Below, one piece after another: positions 1-10,304 of a stretch of 64,000 bases of DNA (its first letter is position 1; the number at the start of each line of letters is the position of its first letter). Source of the DNA: Escherichia phage vB_EcoM_phAPEC6. A model generated the notes under the pieces. It did no database searches, was not told the origin of the DNA, and worked only from the letters and a program-made list of their open reading frames with translations. Location of the stretch: sequence record MK817115.1; one strand, written 5' to 3'. The position numbers and the translations under genes are program-made.

Positions 1-651
1 TTCCATTGTAACTGTATATTTTTCACGATAACCAGTACTAATCACTACTTCGGATATATCACCTTTCATGTATATGTCAATATTGTACATCATTGGTCTG
101 CCTGTGGCAATATCTTTCATGCGAAAGAATGCAGTACTACGATATACAATGCCTTCTGAAACCTGTTCTTGTATAGTGATATTTGAAACTTCACTCTCTT
201 GGAATTTGGACTCGAATGAATGAGTGTAATTTGTTTTTTCATTATCTGTGTGCATAGTACATGTGTATTTTCCAAAATCATCTCTAGATGTATATGATTT
301 ATCACTGCTAGTTTTATAGAACGAAACACCATTAATATGTTGTTCTTTATACATCATCGTGTCATGGGATTTGTAGTATGAACAATTAGGTGTTGAAAGA
401 GATTCAAACTTGTTCACGTCATGACAGTAAGAAATAGAAGAATCGCTATACATTACTACATCACGAATTGCAACTTCTTTTGTAAAACCTTTTTTGACGG
501 AAATTTGAAAGTCATTGTATGGGAAGATTGTATATCCATCGTATGCATCTGATGTACTGATACCAAATGGTGTAGTAGAATTCAGAAATTCGTTGATATG
601 TTCAAGTACTGAATACTTTTTAAAATTAAGAAAATCTGAAATATCTAACAT
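1..651 (-). CDS. hypothetical protein, 3' end beyond window start (partial)
   Basis: ATG at 651..649, frame open to position 1 (no in-frame stop on hand translation); absent from ORF track because it has no stop in window. Confidence 0.5.
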   Translation of the reverse strand, partial: MLDISDFLNFKKYSVLEHINEFLNSTTPFGISTSDAYDGYTIFPYNDFQISVKKGFTKEVAIRDVVMYSDSSISYCHDVNKFESLSTPNCSYYKSHDTMMYKEQHINGVSFYKTSSDKSYTSRDDFGKYTCTMHTDNEKTNYTHSFESKFQESEVSNITIQEQVSEGIVYRSTAFFRMKDIATGRPMMYNIDIYMKGDISEVVISTGYREKYTVTME

Positions 652-672
652 ATACAATCCTCATAAATTTAG

Positions 673-703
673 ACAAAAAATTAGTCGAGAATAAATCTCG
701 ACT
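673..703 (-). terminator. rho-independent terminator
   Basis: perfect 8-bp inverted repeat AGTCGAGA/TCTCGACT with ATAAA loop followed by T-run on minus strand. Confidence 0.5.
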
Positions 704-812
704 TGTGTTTTACTTTACCATTTTTCATTTCTTTTTTACGATCCACATGTGTGTGAGGCTTGTTAAACTCATTCATGTGTTTCTGTACGAAATTGTTTAC
801 TTTCTTAGCCAT
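681..812 (-). CDS. small lysine-rich hypothetical protein (43 aa)
   Basis: ATG with GGAG RBS upstream; stop lies inside terminator hairpin; below ORF-track size cutoff. Confidence 0.35.
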   Translation of the reverse strand: MAKKVNNFVQKHMNEFNKPHTHVDRKKEMKNGKVKHKSRFILD

Positions 813-814
813 AC

Positions 815-1288
815 TTACTCCAAACTGGGATCTTTAACTGTTAGACTTTCTATGTCACTCGCATAAAGAACTACATTGGATTGATTTTCAGACACTTTAA
901 AGTCGTGATAACTGTCTTTGACGATAAAATTATCTAATATAAACCCTTTACTACAGCACATCATAATTTTATCATCTTTGATTGTGTAGGTGTTTTTCTT
1001 TTTACGTACTTCAGATTGTGGCGTAATACTATCGTTATTACGAATAACACAATCAATATATTGTTCATTTGTACTCATAGGCATACCCATGATAAACGAG
1101 TTTTCAGTACTGATTGTTAGTATAAAAACGTTAGTATTTGGGTTGTGAAAAAAATCATGCATTGTCTTGCTACACAAAAATAGACATTGAATAATGTCCT
1201 TCACATTAAACATTATATCATGAACTTTGAATGCGTCCAACTCTAAAATGTCATCAATTTTCCCATTTTCAACAGTTTTAATCTCCAT
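815..1288 (-). CDS. hypothetical protein
   Basis: ORF-track ORF, AAGGA RBS, head of minus-strand tandem array. Confidence 0.5.
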   Translation of the reverse strand: MEIKTVENGKIDDILELDAFKVHDIMFNVKDIIQCLFLCSKTMHDFFHNPNTNVFILTISTENSFIMGMPMSTNEQYIDCVIRNNDSITPQSEVRKKKNTYTIKDDKIMMCCSKGFILDNFIVKDSYHDFKVSENQSNVVLYASDIESLTVKDPSLE

Positions 1289-1330
1289 GATCTATCCTTG
1301 ATCTTCTAATGCACTCCATGTGCGTTTTTA

Positions 1331-1828
1331 TTAAGTCACTGCATTATACTTCTCTATAGCATTAGTAATATTTAATATAGCTTCAGGAACCATTTCTTTA
1401 TTGTATTCACGTTTTAAATTTTCCATTTTCTTAATAATTTCCAAGAAAAATGGCAAAATGCATGAAGTATCTGTGAAATTACATGAGTACAAAGTACTCA
1501 TTTGAAATAATTCACCTGAATCAATATTAAGAGATTTGTATTCCTTAACAATGTTTTCGTTTGTATTGAAAATATGAAATACTGTTCCCATGTGATGAAG
1601 ATATACACCATTCTCATTTTGAATATTGCATGGTGTGATTACAATAGCAGTGTTGTCAATATTATTTACTATTGATAAACGTAGACTATGTAAACCTAAA
1701 ATAACAGTACAATCACTTGAACTGCTTTGAATTTGGTCAGCAGTTTGTGTAACACTTGTAATATTTTCCCCATCAAGACAACTCTTGATTTTATCAAATG
1801 AATTTTTCATTGATTTAGTTAGATACAT
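1331..1828 (-). CDS. FamA paralog (FQxS-motif family)
   Basis: core motif GELFQMSTLY; tandem minus-strand array. Confidence 0.6.
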   Translation of the reverse strand: MYLTKSMKNSFDKIKSCLDGENITSVTQTADQIQSSSSDCTVILGLHSLRLSIVNNIDNTAIVITPCNIQNENGVYLHHMGTVFHIFNTNENIVKEYKSLNIDSGELFQMSTLYSCNFTDTSCILPFFLEIIKKMENLKREYNKEMVPEAILNITNAIEKYNAVT

Positions 1829-2232
1829 TTATGAACACCTTCGAAATATTTGATTAATGATTTTATCTTATCGCTACTAATGCCATGTAAGTCAACACCT
1901 AAACACTCGTATTGAAAAAAATCAATATCCTCAAGCGTGTTTAGATCAATTTCCACCTTATCATGACCCAACGAATTCATAATAACGTTTTTATCATTAA
2001 TTGTCAAGAAAGTTTTTTTATCTGAACCTAAAAAGATTTTTACGTGTTTTTTTGGCATTACATCATAAGATAAAGATTGTGAACCATAAATGTATATGCC
2101 TTCCATTGAACCAATATCTATAAAATATAGACGAATCCCTTTGTGGTATTTTGACTCCTTAGTGATCGCCTCTATTAGTTCATCTGTGGTTGTTAACCTT
2201 GTTTCTTTCTTCTCTAAATTGCTCAAATGCAT
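1819..2232 (-). CDS. hypothetical protein, weak FamA-like
   Basis: DFFQYE remnant of motif; tandem array; start uncertain (53-nt overlap). Confidence 0.5.
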   Translation of the reverse strand: MHLSNLEKKETRLTTTDELIEAITKESKYHKGIRLYFIDIGSMEGIYIYGSQSLSYDVMPKKHVKIFLGSDKKTFLTINDKNVIMNSLGHDKVEIDLNTLEDIDFFQYECLGVDLHGISSDKIKSLIKYFEGVHKCI

Positions 2233-2653
2233 AAAATAATACCTTGATCATTTGTAATGTTTCTGACATTACATCAGCAGAAAATTGAACATCAGTGTAT
2301 TTTACCATAGTACTTTGAGTAAAGAAAGTAGCTTCAATATCATCAAGGTCAAATGGTTCATCAAATAAATTAGTACTGAACATATCAGTTTTTTTCTTAT
2401 AAGTCAACATAAACTTAGCACTGTATCTCAATACAATTTCATCTTTACTTACTAAAATTCGTGCAATGTTCTGTCTACCCAGTGTTGTAATGTTAACATT
2501 AAACGTATTCTTTCGTGCCTCAACAATATCAACGAAATAACCATCACCTTGGTAAACGTTATGACGAACTTCTAATCCTTGTTGAACTGTATTGAACAGT
2601 GCGTCCTGGATAAAATAATTTGCAGTATCGATGTTTCCTAAAATATCTAACAT
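2180..2653 (-). CDS. FamA paralog (divergent)
   Basis: motif variant ATFFTQSTMV; tandem array. Confidence 0.5.
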   Translation of the reverse strand: MLDILGNIDTANYFIQDALFNTVQQGLEVRHNVYQGDGYFVDIVEARKNTFNVNITTLGRQNIARILVSKDEIVLRYSAKFMLTYKKKTDMFSTNLFDEPFDLDDIEATFFTQSTMVKYTDVQFSADVMSETLQMIKVLFYAFEQFREERNKVNNHR

Positions 2654-3183
2654 AACTTCTCCTTTATAGCTGTCATATTTAGAAGAAATTCAGTAAGCAA
2701 TTCCTCCGTAACATGCTCTGTATACCAGAATATCACAATATCTTTTGAAAGTCGTGTATTCATAAAAATATCTACTAACTCTTTGTAGTACTCTAGCGTT
2801 TCGAGATTTGTGAGAATTAACGAGTACTGAAAGAGTAATTCTTCAGTTAGATTAAATTCTGGATAAAGTAAATCATTGAACTCATGTGATGCAGTTTGAA
2901 CTTGAATTCGGTCAAAGTTATTGGTTATACAACCGGAATAAATATTTCGGTGCAACTCTCTGTACAACGCAGCATAATCTATGAATTTTGCTTTAGGGTT
3001 AAAATCAAGAACACTTTCACCTTTATATGACAATCGGTGGAACGCCGAGAACATAGTCACTTCCCACGGTTGCCTAATATCTAGCTCAGTGATATCAATA
3101 TTATTGGACAGAAGAACCGTAAAAATCTCACCAATCTTTAATAGTAATTTTGTACGTGCCAGTGCTACCATCGGGTCAGTCAT
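2647..3183 (-). CDS. FamA paralog
   Basis: core motif EELLFQYSLI. Confidence 0.6.
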   Translation of the reverse strand: MTDPMVALARTKLLLKIGEIFTVLLSNNIDITELDIRQPWEVTMFSAFHRLSYKGESVLDFNPKAKFIDYAALYRELHRNIYSGCITNNFDRIQVQTASHEFNDLLYPEFNLTEELLFQYSLILTNLETLEYYKELVDIFMNTRLSKDIVIFWYTEHVTEELLTEFLLNMTAIKEKLC

Positions 3184-3596
3184 TATACACCTTCATATTC
3201 ATCAAGAAAATCTTCGATAATCATTTCAGCTTCATCCATATGCATAGCATCAACTTCAATGATGCGAACTTTAGATGCATCCCAAATCATATAACTAGGA
3301 ACATTATCAGGCTCGTAGTCATTTTTGTACTGAACAGCATCGTAACCTTTCGAAATACAATGTTCAATTAGTGCACGCCACTCATCATCACTACCTAAAT
3401 CTTCACACAGAAGCACGTTATCAACATCAACTTCTAAGGTATGCAAGTATACTGTACATGCGTCTACTACGTTCAGTGGGCTTCTCAGCTTGCGTAAGGC
3501 AGCTTCCAAAGCACTGTGTTTGCCTCCCATATGAAGTCCACCATACGGGATATAAAAGTTATCAATTTTTACAGTACTCGCATGATACAGTTTCAT
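3183..3596 (-). CDS. hypothetical protein (non-family insert)
   Basis: ORF-track ORF without FamA motif; visibly GC-richer than neighbours. Confidence 0.5.
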   Translation of the reverse strand: MKLYHASTVKIDNFYIPYGGLHMGGKHSALEAALRKLRSPLNVVDACTVYLHTLEVDVDNVLLCEDLGSDDEWRALIEHCISKGYDAVQYKNDYEPDNVPSYMIWDASKVRIIEVDAMHMDEAEMIIEDFLDEYEGV

Positions 3597-3605
3597 ATTT
3601 CATTC

Positions 3606-4190
3606 CTATTTCAGTACTTTAGTCAATGCTTTCACAGCGGTTTCGAGTTGAGCATAGTCGTTAATTGTAAGGTAATGAATACCATGTGCATTCATTTCAG
3701 CATCTATTTTATTATATAAATCAAACATGTCAAGGATATGATTGTATGCATATGAAGTATTTGAAACACACAATTCTTGGAACAAACGTTCTTCCAAGTC
3801 ATTCACAACTTCTCCATGAATATCAAGTACTACACCATCTTTGTAAGTGTAGTACTCTTCACTCCACTCTTCAGAAAGTCGGAACAGTAACGGATTCCCG
3901 CCGAACACTTCCATGTCATAGGAATTTATCTCACTAAGTAGTGTTTCACCTGGTTCTGGTGTGAAGTCAAAATATGCGAGTGTTGTACCATCATAGTCCT
4001 TGAGTGATATACCAGTATGATTTAAGGTTACTTCACCATAATTATTATTCTTGAACTTGATTTTGATATTAATCTCAATGTATTTTATTGTCTCATCATC
4101 ACTGAAATTGTAATCAATTTTATACTTTTTCCAAAGAAGTTTGATATCTTTGAAGTACTTTAATTTACTTTCAATTTCTTTAAAGTCCAT
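3606..4190 (-). CDS. FamA paralog
   Basis: motif EERLFQELCVS. Confidence 0.55.
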   Translation of the reverse strand: MDFKEIESKLKYFKDIKLLWKKYKIDYNFSDDETIKYIEINIKIKFKNNNYGEVTLNHTGISLKDYDGTTLAYFDFTPEPGETLLSEINSYDMEVFGGNPLLFRLSEEWSEEYYTYKDGVVLDIHGEVVNDLEERLFQELCVSNTSYAYNHILDMFDLYNKIDAEMNAHGIHYLTINDYAQLETAVKALTKVLK

Positions 4191-4782
4191 CTGGAACCAC
4201 CATTTCTTGAATGTGCTTACATTTTATATTTGCCATATTGGTATGTAATATAATGCTGTGTTTACGCAATGATTTTACTTTGTAGCACTCATTGAGTACC
4301 GAAATAATTCCCCATAACTCTTCTACACTAATAGTGATAGGTTCACTTGTACTCAGTTGCATCAGTGCTGCTTGAACATCATCTTTGTTATTAATAGTGA
4401 ACTGGATTCCTCTTTTGAGAATTTTAGTTTTTGGATTGTACTCAGCTAATACATCACCTTCTGGATAACCCTCATGAAGTAATAATGTTGTTTCAAAATC
4501 ACCGCAGTTGAAGTTAATTTCATCATAATCAGGTACACAAATGTTCCCTTCCCCGTACTCATTAGGTTCAGATTCTAGTGTTAAAATACGCTGAGTCTCA
4601 TTGCTCAGGATGATAGAATCATTCCAGTACTGGGTAGTGAATGCTCTACGTTTCTTTTGAAAGCACATACTCGACATTGACCCATACTTCTTGTATATGG
4701 ACTTCTTGAACTCAATAGCAGCAGGAGCCACCTTGATAACTTCACGAATTAAGTCAATAGCTTCTTGATAACTTTTTCTCAT
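4180..4782 (-). CDS. FamA paralog (divergent)
   Basis: motif variant AALMQLSTSE. Confidence 0.5.
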   Translation of the reverse strand: MRKSYQEAIDLIREVIKVAPAAIEFKKSIYKKYGSMSSMCFQKKRRAFTTQYWNDSIILSNETQRILTLESEPNEYGEGNICVPDYDEINFNCGDFETTLLLHEGYPEGDVLAEYNPKTKILKRGIQFTINNKDDVQAALMQLSTSEPITISVEELWGIISVLNECYKVKSLRKHSIILHTNMANIKCKHIQEMVVPDGL

Positions 4783-5330
4783 TTATCGTATCCATATAAA
4801 ATATGATCTAGTGTACTTTGGACTTCTTCATGAAAGAATGAAGGGTAAACTTGTATTAATTTATCTTTAAGTTCAAGGGAATGGCATAGTTCTAATGTTT
4901 TGTAACAATCCTCGTACTGTGCCAGATCATGTAATGTACTTAACTGAAAATGTTGTTCTTCGGAGTACAATAAATCATAAACCATATTATCGGATAAAAG
5001 ATTAGATTTGATTGAAGGATCAAGTACTGTCTGGTGGTGACCAACCCAAAAGATAGCTTTTGAGTTAATGTTATTACAACCCCATCCTTTCCCCATCTTT
5101 TGGTGAATAGCAAATACACAGGAATCATACAAATTAATGCTCAGACGTTCTTCGTCTGCATGGATAGTTACACCATCAATAGATAGTGTATATTTGAAAT
5201 CCATAGCCCCCTCACTTCGTGCACGAGAACTAAAGACCAGATATCGATGAATTATGGTATTGATTTTATCTGTCCATCCATCAACACATTTGGATGCACA
5301 TAATGTAAAAAGATCATGATTGTAGTTCAT
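4779..5330 (-). CDS. FamA paralog
   Basis: core motif EEQHFQLSTLH; ATGA-type overlap with neighbour. Confidence 0.6.
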   Translation of the reverse strand: MNYNHDLFTLCASKCVDGWTDKINTIIHRYLVFSSRARSEGAMDFKYTLSIDGVTIHADEERLSINLYDSCVFAIHQKMGKGWGCNNINSKAIFWVGHHQTVLDPSIKSNLLSDNMVYDLLYSEEQHFQLSTLHDLAQYEDCYKTLELCHSLELKDKLIQVYPSFFHEEVQSTLDHILYGYDK

Positions 5331-5391
5331 AAAATTCTCCTTTAGGACAATGTATCATACAAAAATACCAGAGTCAACCCCTGGTACGAAT

Positions 5392-5973
5392 TTAATCCAT
5401 CATAAGTGGGATAATTGCCCATATCTTTTTCATAATCATATCTTCAGTAAAAACAAATGTTTTAGGAGCAGTATATGATATTGACACACCAAATGGAAGT
5501 TTGATTGCATCATCAATTATATTATGAATATCAAACCATGTTTTAACATAATCATACGGTGGAAGTTCATGAATTGTACTTAACTGAAAGTAATTCTCTT
5601 CACCAAAATCACTATATTCAATTTCACAAATTTTAGTGAATTGATGATTCCATTTAGATATAATACTATTTTTATTATTGTACATAGTAGTTCTATGCAT
5701 AAAACCATTTTTGCTAGTATGATTTGATATTACGTTTTCTTCAATGTCAGTATCTATTTTAAAATTCATATCAAAGTTGTAGTACGGACTTGACGATTCT
5801 TTGAATTTTAAATGTAAATTGCGATTGTTATTAATTTCAATTTCAATACAAAACACATCTGAATCAAAACGATTAAACTTGTAATCGTTATCTTCCGGTA
5901 GATTCTGTATTTTTTTCATAATACTAAGCATAGGGTGTACTACACTTTTAATAAAATCATTTGTTATTTTCAT
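5392..5973 (-). CDS. FamA paralog
   Basis: core motif EENYFQLSTIH. Confidence 0.6.
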   Translation of the reverse strand: MKITNDFIKSVVHPMLSIMKKIQNLPEDNDYKFNRFDSDVFCIEIEINNNRNLHLKFKESSSPYYNFDMNFKIDTDIEENVISNHTSKNGFMHRTTMYNNKNSIISKWNHQFTKICEIEYSDFGEENYFQLSTIHELPPYDYVKTWFDIHNIIDDAIKLPFGVSISYTAPKTFVFTEDMIMKKIWAIIPLMMD

Positions 5974-6466
5974 AGTATTCCTTTAGAACTTTATATGATT
6001 CAACAATACTATCTTGTGTATAATTTGAACTATATACAACAGCACTTGTTTTAGTTGACCATAGATATGACATAAAGGTTATAACACTACTACATGGACT
6101 TAATGTATTGTTTTGAAATTCAATTTCTTCAATGTTATCAGTACTGGTATAGATGAATTGGAAAGTACCCATTGATTTATTGGACAGCGATACTATAGTA
6201 GAATCCGTACCAGGACTATACATGAATGTCTCATTACTAATTGAACTATCATTAGTATATGATGGTTTGGGAATATAAATCAAACGCATGATATCGCGTT
6301 CAAGACCTGACTTATTACTTTCCACCAAAGAAATCATATCTATATTTGATATATGTTCAACACTGACATGGAACTTTTTGTCGAGAATCACATCTCCATG
6401 AGAATTTTTATATGAAGACAAAATCTCATACATCTCAACTAATTCGCGTGCATTTAATAAACTCAT
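5957..6466 (-). CDS. FamA paralog (divergent)
   Basis: motif variant EEIEFQNNTLS. Confidence 0.5.
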   Translation of the reverse strand: MSLLNARELVEMYEILSSYKNSHGDVILDKKFHVSVEHISNIDMISLVESNKSGLERDIMRLIYIPKPSYTNDSSISNETFMYSPGTDSTIVSLSNKSMGTFQFIYTSTDNIEEIEFQNNTLSPCSSVITFMSYLWSTKTSAVVYSSNYTQDSIVESYKVLKEYYENNK

Positions 6467-6891
6467 GTTTTGTCTCTTAATGAAAGAATATCCTTAGTAT
6501 AAACTGAAACAGAAATATGATTATATTTCATCATTAATTTATACACATAAGAAGCTAGTACTAAATCGTAAATTAATTTAGTATTATACAGTACTTGGTA
6601 TTGTAACGCAAGTGAATCAATATCATCTTTACTTTCAATATCCAGAAATGTACCGAAAAATGTAGTACCGTAGAGATGAAAAGTGGAATTAATGCAATCA
6701 ATGCATTCATTGTCCAATAGAGTAGATGCTGATGCCCTCGGTGAATCCCAAATAGTCACTGCGTGTATGCCCTCAACGAACAAATCTATCCATATTTTGT
6801 GTCGTTGTCTTTTTTTTGTTTTATAATTTTCTGGATTTGAAAGTGTAGTTTCAATTATATCCCATATGTACAAACAATCATCTCTTGTCAT
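6463..6891 (-). CDS. hypothetical protein, weak FamA-like
   Basis: ORF in array; degenerate motif LALQYQVLY. Confidence 0.45.
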   Translation of the reverse strand: MTRDDCLYIWDIIETTLSNPENYKTKKRQRHKIWIDLFVEGIHAVTIWDSPRASASTLLDNECIDCINSTFHLYGTTFFGTFLDIESKDDIDSLALQYQVLYNTKLIYDLVLASYVYKLMMKYNHISVSVYTKDILSLRDKT

Positions 6892-7469
6892 TGTAGCACC
6901 TTATCCATTGCTGCATTTAATGCTTTTAAACGATCAACATTCAAAGTATTGAAGATGTACGTTCCTAAAATGTGGAAATCGAATTGGTTCTTTTTGTATG
7001 TATGATAAATTAAACTACAAAAAACAACAGTACTAAGAACCTCTTCAGGTATAACAGTGCTCATCTGGAACAGTTCTTCTTCAACTGTACTTGAATCTGG
7101 ATTGATAGCTTTTAACACATACTCTTCATCACCGAATAGTACTTTAATATTATATAAAACACCAATAGTACTAATATGGAATGGGTGATGTGAAAAACTT
7201 CCATCATCCTTAATTTGTATATCGGTTCTAATCTCACACTCTTCATTACTTTTACTTTTATTTTTTACAATACAAATATTTCTGGCCCCAGAAATAGTAA
7301 GAATACCGTGGTCGTAATATTCATTTGACCAACATTTAGATGAAATTGATACATCACGGATGAGATATTGTTTTTCAATTTCTTTCGCACTACCAACAAT
7401 TGATAGCATTTTTTTACTGATATCATATAATAACTGATGGCGTTCTGTCATATAACTATAAGCGTTCAT
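6888..7469 (-). CDS. FamA paralog
   Basis: core motif EEELFQMSTVI. Confidence 0.6.
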   Translation of the reverse strand: MNAYSYMTERHQLLYDISKKMLSIVGSAKEIEKQYLIRDVSISSKCWSNEYYDHGILTISGARNICIVKNKSKSNEECEIRTDIQIKDDGSFSHHPFHISTIGVLYNIKVLFGDEEYVLKAINPDSSTVEEELFQMSTVIPEEVLSTVVFCSLIYHTYKKNQFDFHILGTYIFNTLNVDRLKALNAAMDKVLQ

Positions 7470-8040
7470 ATTTTTCCTTAACAGATTCTATATTTTGAAG
7501 TAGTGTATTCAGAACATCAGTCTTGCAATTGATAAAATCATTGTACATAACTAGTTCACCACAATCAAGAATTTTTGCAGTATCGTAACAAAGCATTAAG
7601 TACTCGAATTCTTTGTAATTGTCCAACAAGGATTTCTGGAAAATGAATGCATCTCGAATATCTTCACTTTGGTCTAATTCTGGTGGAACATCCAACCCAA
7701 TAAATCCATCATCTTCACTGAAATTAGATTCTACAATTTTATTCATTTTTTCATGTAATGCATTCGCAAATACCATATTAGAAGAAATAGAACCAATACG
7801 TTCACGATTTCTGGATGTGCGAATGTACATAGTAATCGTATCCCATGAACTTTTAATTTTTTTAGAAAATTCATAAGTTTTATATACATCCAACTGAACT
7901 GATCCAAAACGATGTTTGGATTTGTTTTCAATTTTCAGTCGATAATCATCAAATTCAACAATTTCTGTAATGTCATGAATCTCTGAAAGTTCTGCAATGT
8001 CATGCATGAGTCTCAAAATTTTAGTTCTGATATGGTTCAT
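7456..8040 (-). CDS. FamA paralog
   Basis: core motif DAFIFQKSLL. Confidence 0.6.
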   Translation of the reverse strand: MNHIRTKILRLMHDIAELSEIHDITEIVEFDDYRLKIENKSKHRFGSVQLDVYKTYEFSKKIKSSWDTITMYIRTSRNRERIGSISSNMVFANALHEKMNKIVESNFSEDDGFIGLDVPPELDQSEDIRDAFIFQKSLLDNYKEFEYLMLCYDTAKILDCGELVMYNDFINCKTDVLNTLLQNIESVKEKYERL

Positions 8041-8615
8041 TGTGCATCCTCGAATTTAACAGGTACATGTTCATTAATGAAATTCTTAAGAGCCTGTACT
8101 AAATCCTCTAATTCTTTTGTACTGTATTTTAAAATAGTTTTAAAGTGAATCAAATCTTTTCTTTCCATGATCTTTGGAATTTTATATGCTAACTCTAAAC
8201 AGCGTACAGTACTGGCATCATACAAAAGGTTTGCGTTGAACATTAGAACATTGTATTCATCAGATGAAATTTTATAATTATATGTATCAATCACTTCATG
8301 TGTGTATAAATTCTTATACACAATTTTATTCTCACTGAAGTTTGAGCAAACACACAGATGATCGTTGTAAAATGAAGAACGATAATCTTGTTTACGTTGT
8401 ACATCTGCTATGATTTGTAATACTGTATATTTTTCTTCAGAATCCAACTCAATGTTAGCATAACTGCTCGCAGTTTCAGATACAAGGATATTGATGTTAT
8501 ATTTCTCATTAACTTTAATGTACTGGCGTGAGCCAGTATCAGGAATGAACTTAAAACAATGCTTCAGAAGTAATGTGACTTCTTTAATTAATTCAGTACT
8601 CATAGATTCCTCCAA
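8037..8615 (-). CDS. hypothetical protein
   Basis: ORF-track ORF in array, motif not recognisable. Confidence 0.5.
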   Translation of the reverse strand: MEESMSTELIKEVTLLLKHCFKFIPDTGSRQYIKVNEKYNINILVSETASSYANIELDSEEKYTVLQIIADVQRKQDYRSSFYNDHLCVCSNFSENKIVYKNLYTHEVIDTYNYKISSDEYNVLMFNANLLYDASTVRCLELAYKIPKIMERKDLIHFKTILKYSTKELEDLVQALKNFINEHVPVKFEDAQ

Positions 8616-8690
8616 CTCTAGTTAAAATCAAGTATAACACACCTGAATGCTCTTGTAAAGCCATAAACACAAAAAGACCCATACGGGTCT

Positions 8691-9209
8691 TTATTTTGGT
8701 AAAACACTGTCAATGTACGCTAGAACCTCATCTCGAAGGTACGTTCCATCTATAGTTAGGTAATAGTTCATGGGAATATCACTCCCAACCTTCTCATAAA
8801 TTTTCATACATGATATCACATCTTCATCACAAATGGTACTCAATTGAAAAAGAACTTCATCGGTTAACGGTACGATATCATGTTTAGATAGGGGATTTGT
8901 ATTTTCATTCAACACAATATTAATCAAGTTAGGAGTATTCTTTGACGAAATATAACGATGCTTACTACGAATTACCATTCTCGATAGTGAAATACTGGAA
9001 CTCCATCTTGGATCAACATCTTCATATGATAACGATATTAACATCTCGTGAAAATCTTGAAATTTCATTGACGCATAATATGTTTTATCCTCACCGTACA
9101 TACCAAATGATTTAAATTCAATATCCCCCACTTTGTATGTATCGACATCATTATTTGAGAACTTTATTAAACTATTAATTAGTCTAATTAGAATATCATC
9201 TTTATCCAT
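8691..9209 (-). CDS. FamA paralog
   Basis: core motif DEVLFQLSTIC; start moved to internal Met with GGAG RBS (track ORF runs to 9257). Confidence 0.55.
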   Translation of the reverse strand: MDKDDILIRLINSLIKFSNNDVDTYKVGDIEFKSFGMYGEDKTYYASMKFQDFHEMLISLSYEDVDPRWSSSISLSRMVIRSKHRYISSKNTPNLINIVLNENTNPLSKHDIVPLTDEVLFQLSTICDEDVISCMKIYEKVGSDIPMNYYLTIDGTYLRDEVLAYIDSVLPK

Positions 9210-9765
9210 TCTTAAATAACTCCAAGTGCATGTCGTATAAATCTCTGAAGTCTTCATAGAAATCTTTTTCTACCAGAATATCCTTTAAACTAGGAAACTC
9301 TTCCATAATTTCTTCTATATCCGATTCTATGAAAAACCCTGATGGTTTATCGTAGTTTTGTAACAGATAACTGAAAGTAATAATGTAAAGAAGTTCATTA
9401 GGATTGTGAATTAAACTTAGCTGGAACATAGCTGATTCTAAATCGGATTCAGTACTAAGATCAACCCAACGTGAATTTCTATAATCAATTCGTACTTGAC
9501 TTGTATTTGGATTCCATGTGAAGCAATGTGTACCAATATGACCTATACAACCAACCCTTGTACTGTCTCCGGTATCAACACTGATATCAACAAATAGTTC
9601 AACACAGATATCGGATGATGTTACACGACCTTTTTTCAGAAATAAATCATTATCCTTACGAAATTGTTTGGATGAAAGAGTGTCAATGATGCACATCAAT
9701 GTTTTTGCAAATGCAACACAATGACGAAATTCAAGCCTATGAAATTGGTAATCATTGATATTCAT
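9202..9765 (-). CDS. FamA paralog
   Basis: core motif ESAMFQLSLIH. Confidence 0.6.
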   Translation of the reverse strand: MNINDYQFHRLEFRHCVAFAKTLMCIIDTLSSKQFRKDNDLFLKKGRVTSSDICVELFVDISVDTGDSTRVGCIGHIGTHCFTWNPNTSQVRIDYRNSRWVDLSTESDLESAMFQLSLIHNPNELLYIITFSYLLQNYDKPSGFFIESDIEEIMEEFPSLKDILVEKDFYEDFRDLYDMHLELFKNG

Positions 9766-10304
9766 AATTCAACCCCCAATATTTTATCAGCAATTGATAT
9801 AACCTTATCATTGAATACATTACCAATCTCAATCCTTATATACATAGCAGGTGGAATCTTTCCTTGTAGTGAATAATATGTTTGTATACCTAAGTACTCA
9901 TTATCTGATAATGAAAATTTGATTCTCTCCATATCAATGTCTGTTACTGGTAAATCAATCATTTCATAATGGTAGTCAACGTTTTCAGTGTATATTTTAT
10001 CGAAGTAATTTGAATAATCACTACTAATATAGATGCTATCATCACGAATAATCACTTTATAATCAGAAGGTTCAAATTTATCTTTAGAAGAAAAGAATGC
10101 ATCATCTATCTTCTCTTCTCTTATACCGAATAACATTTTACCATCATATTTTACATCAAGAATACTACCTAGTATATTAATGGTACAATGCTCATCAATA
10201 TTATGACGTAAAGAACGAGTCTTGTATTTTGGGTTAATGAAAATTTTCATTAATTTTATACAAATGTCAGTAATGCATTTTACATTCTCATTTTCTATGT
10301 ACAT
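9762..10304 (-). CDS. hypothetical protein
   Basis: ORF in array; motif degenerate. Confidence 0.5.
   Translation of the reverse strand: MYIENENVKCITDICIKLMKIFINPKYKTRSLRHNIDEHCTINILGSILDVKYDGKMLFGIREEKIDDAFFSSKDKFEPSDYKVIIRDDSIYISSDYSNYFDKIYTENVDYHYEMIDLPVTDIDMERIKFSLSDNEYLGIQTYYSLQGKIPPAMYIRIEIGNVFNDKVISIADKILGVEL

Noticed and set aside
2981-3937. Plus-strand ORFs from the track (2981..3220, 3150..3371, 3371..3622, 3516..3719, 3686..3937) and similar ones throughout (e.g. 7619..7876, 11107..11334, 17585..17851, 18973..19416, 38767..39234, 44628..44921, 58202..58516, 58693..59019)
   Set aside because: They lie antisense to well-supported minus-strand genes, lack RBS, break the tight tandem organisation and several span promoter cassettes; treated as chance ORFs in AT-rich DNA.
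4940-5128. Same-strand ORFs nested out of frame inside larger genes (4940..5128, 7743..7931, 10443..10724, 18216..18461, 18575..18790, 19257..19478, 26425..26631, 27921..28130, 61536..61763)
   Set aside because: Fully contained in longer ORFs carrying the family motifs; no independent translation signals.
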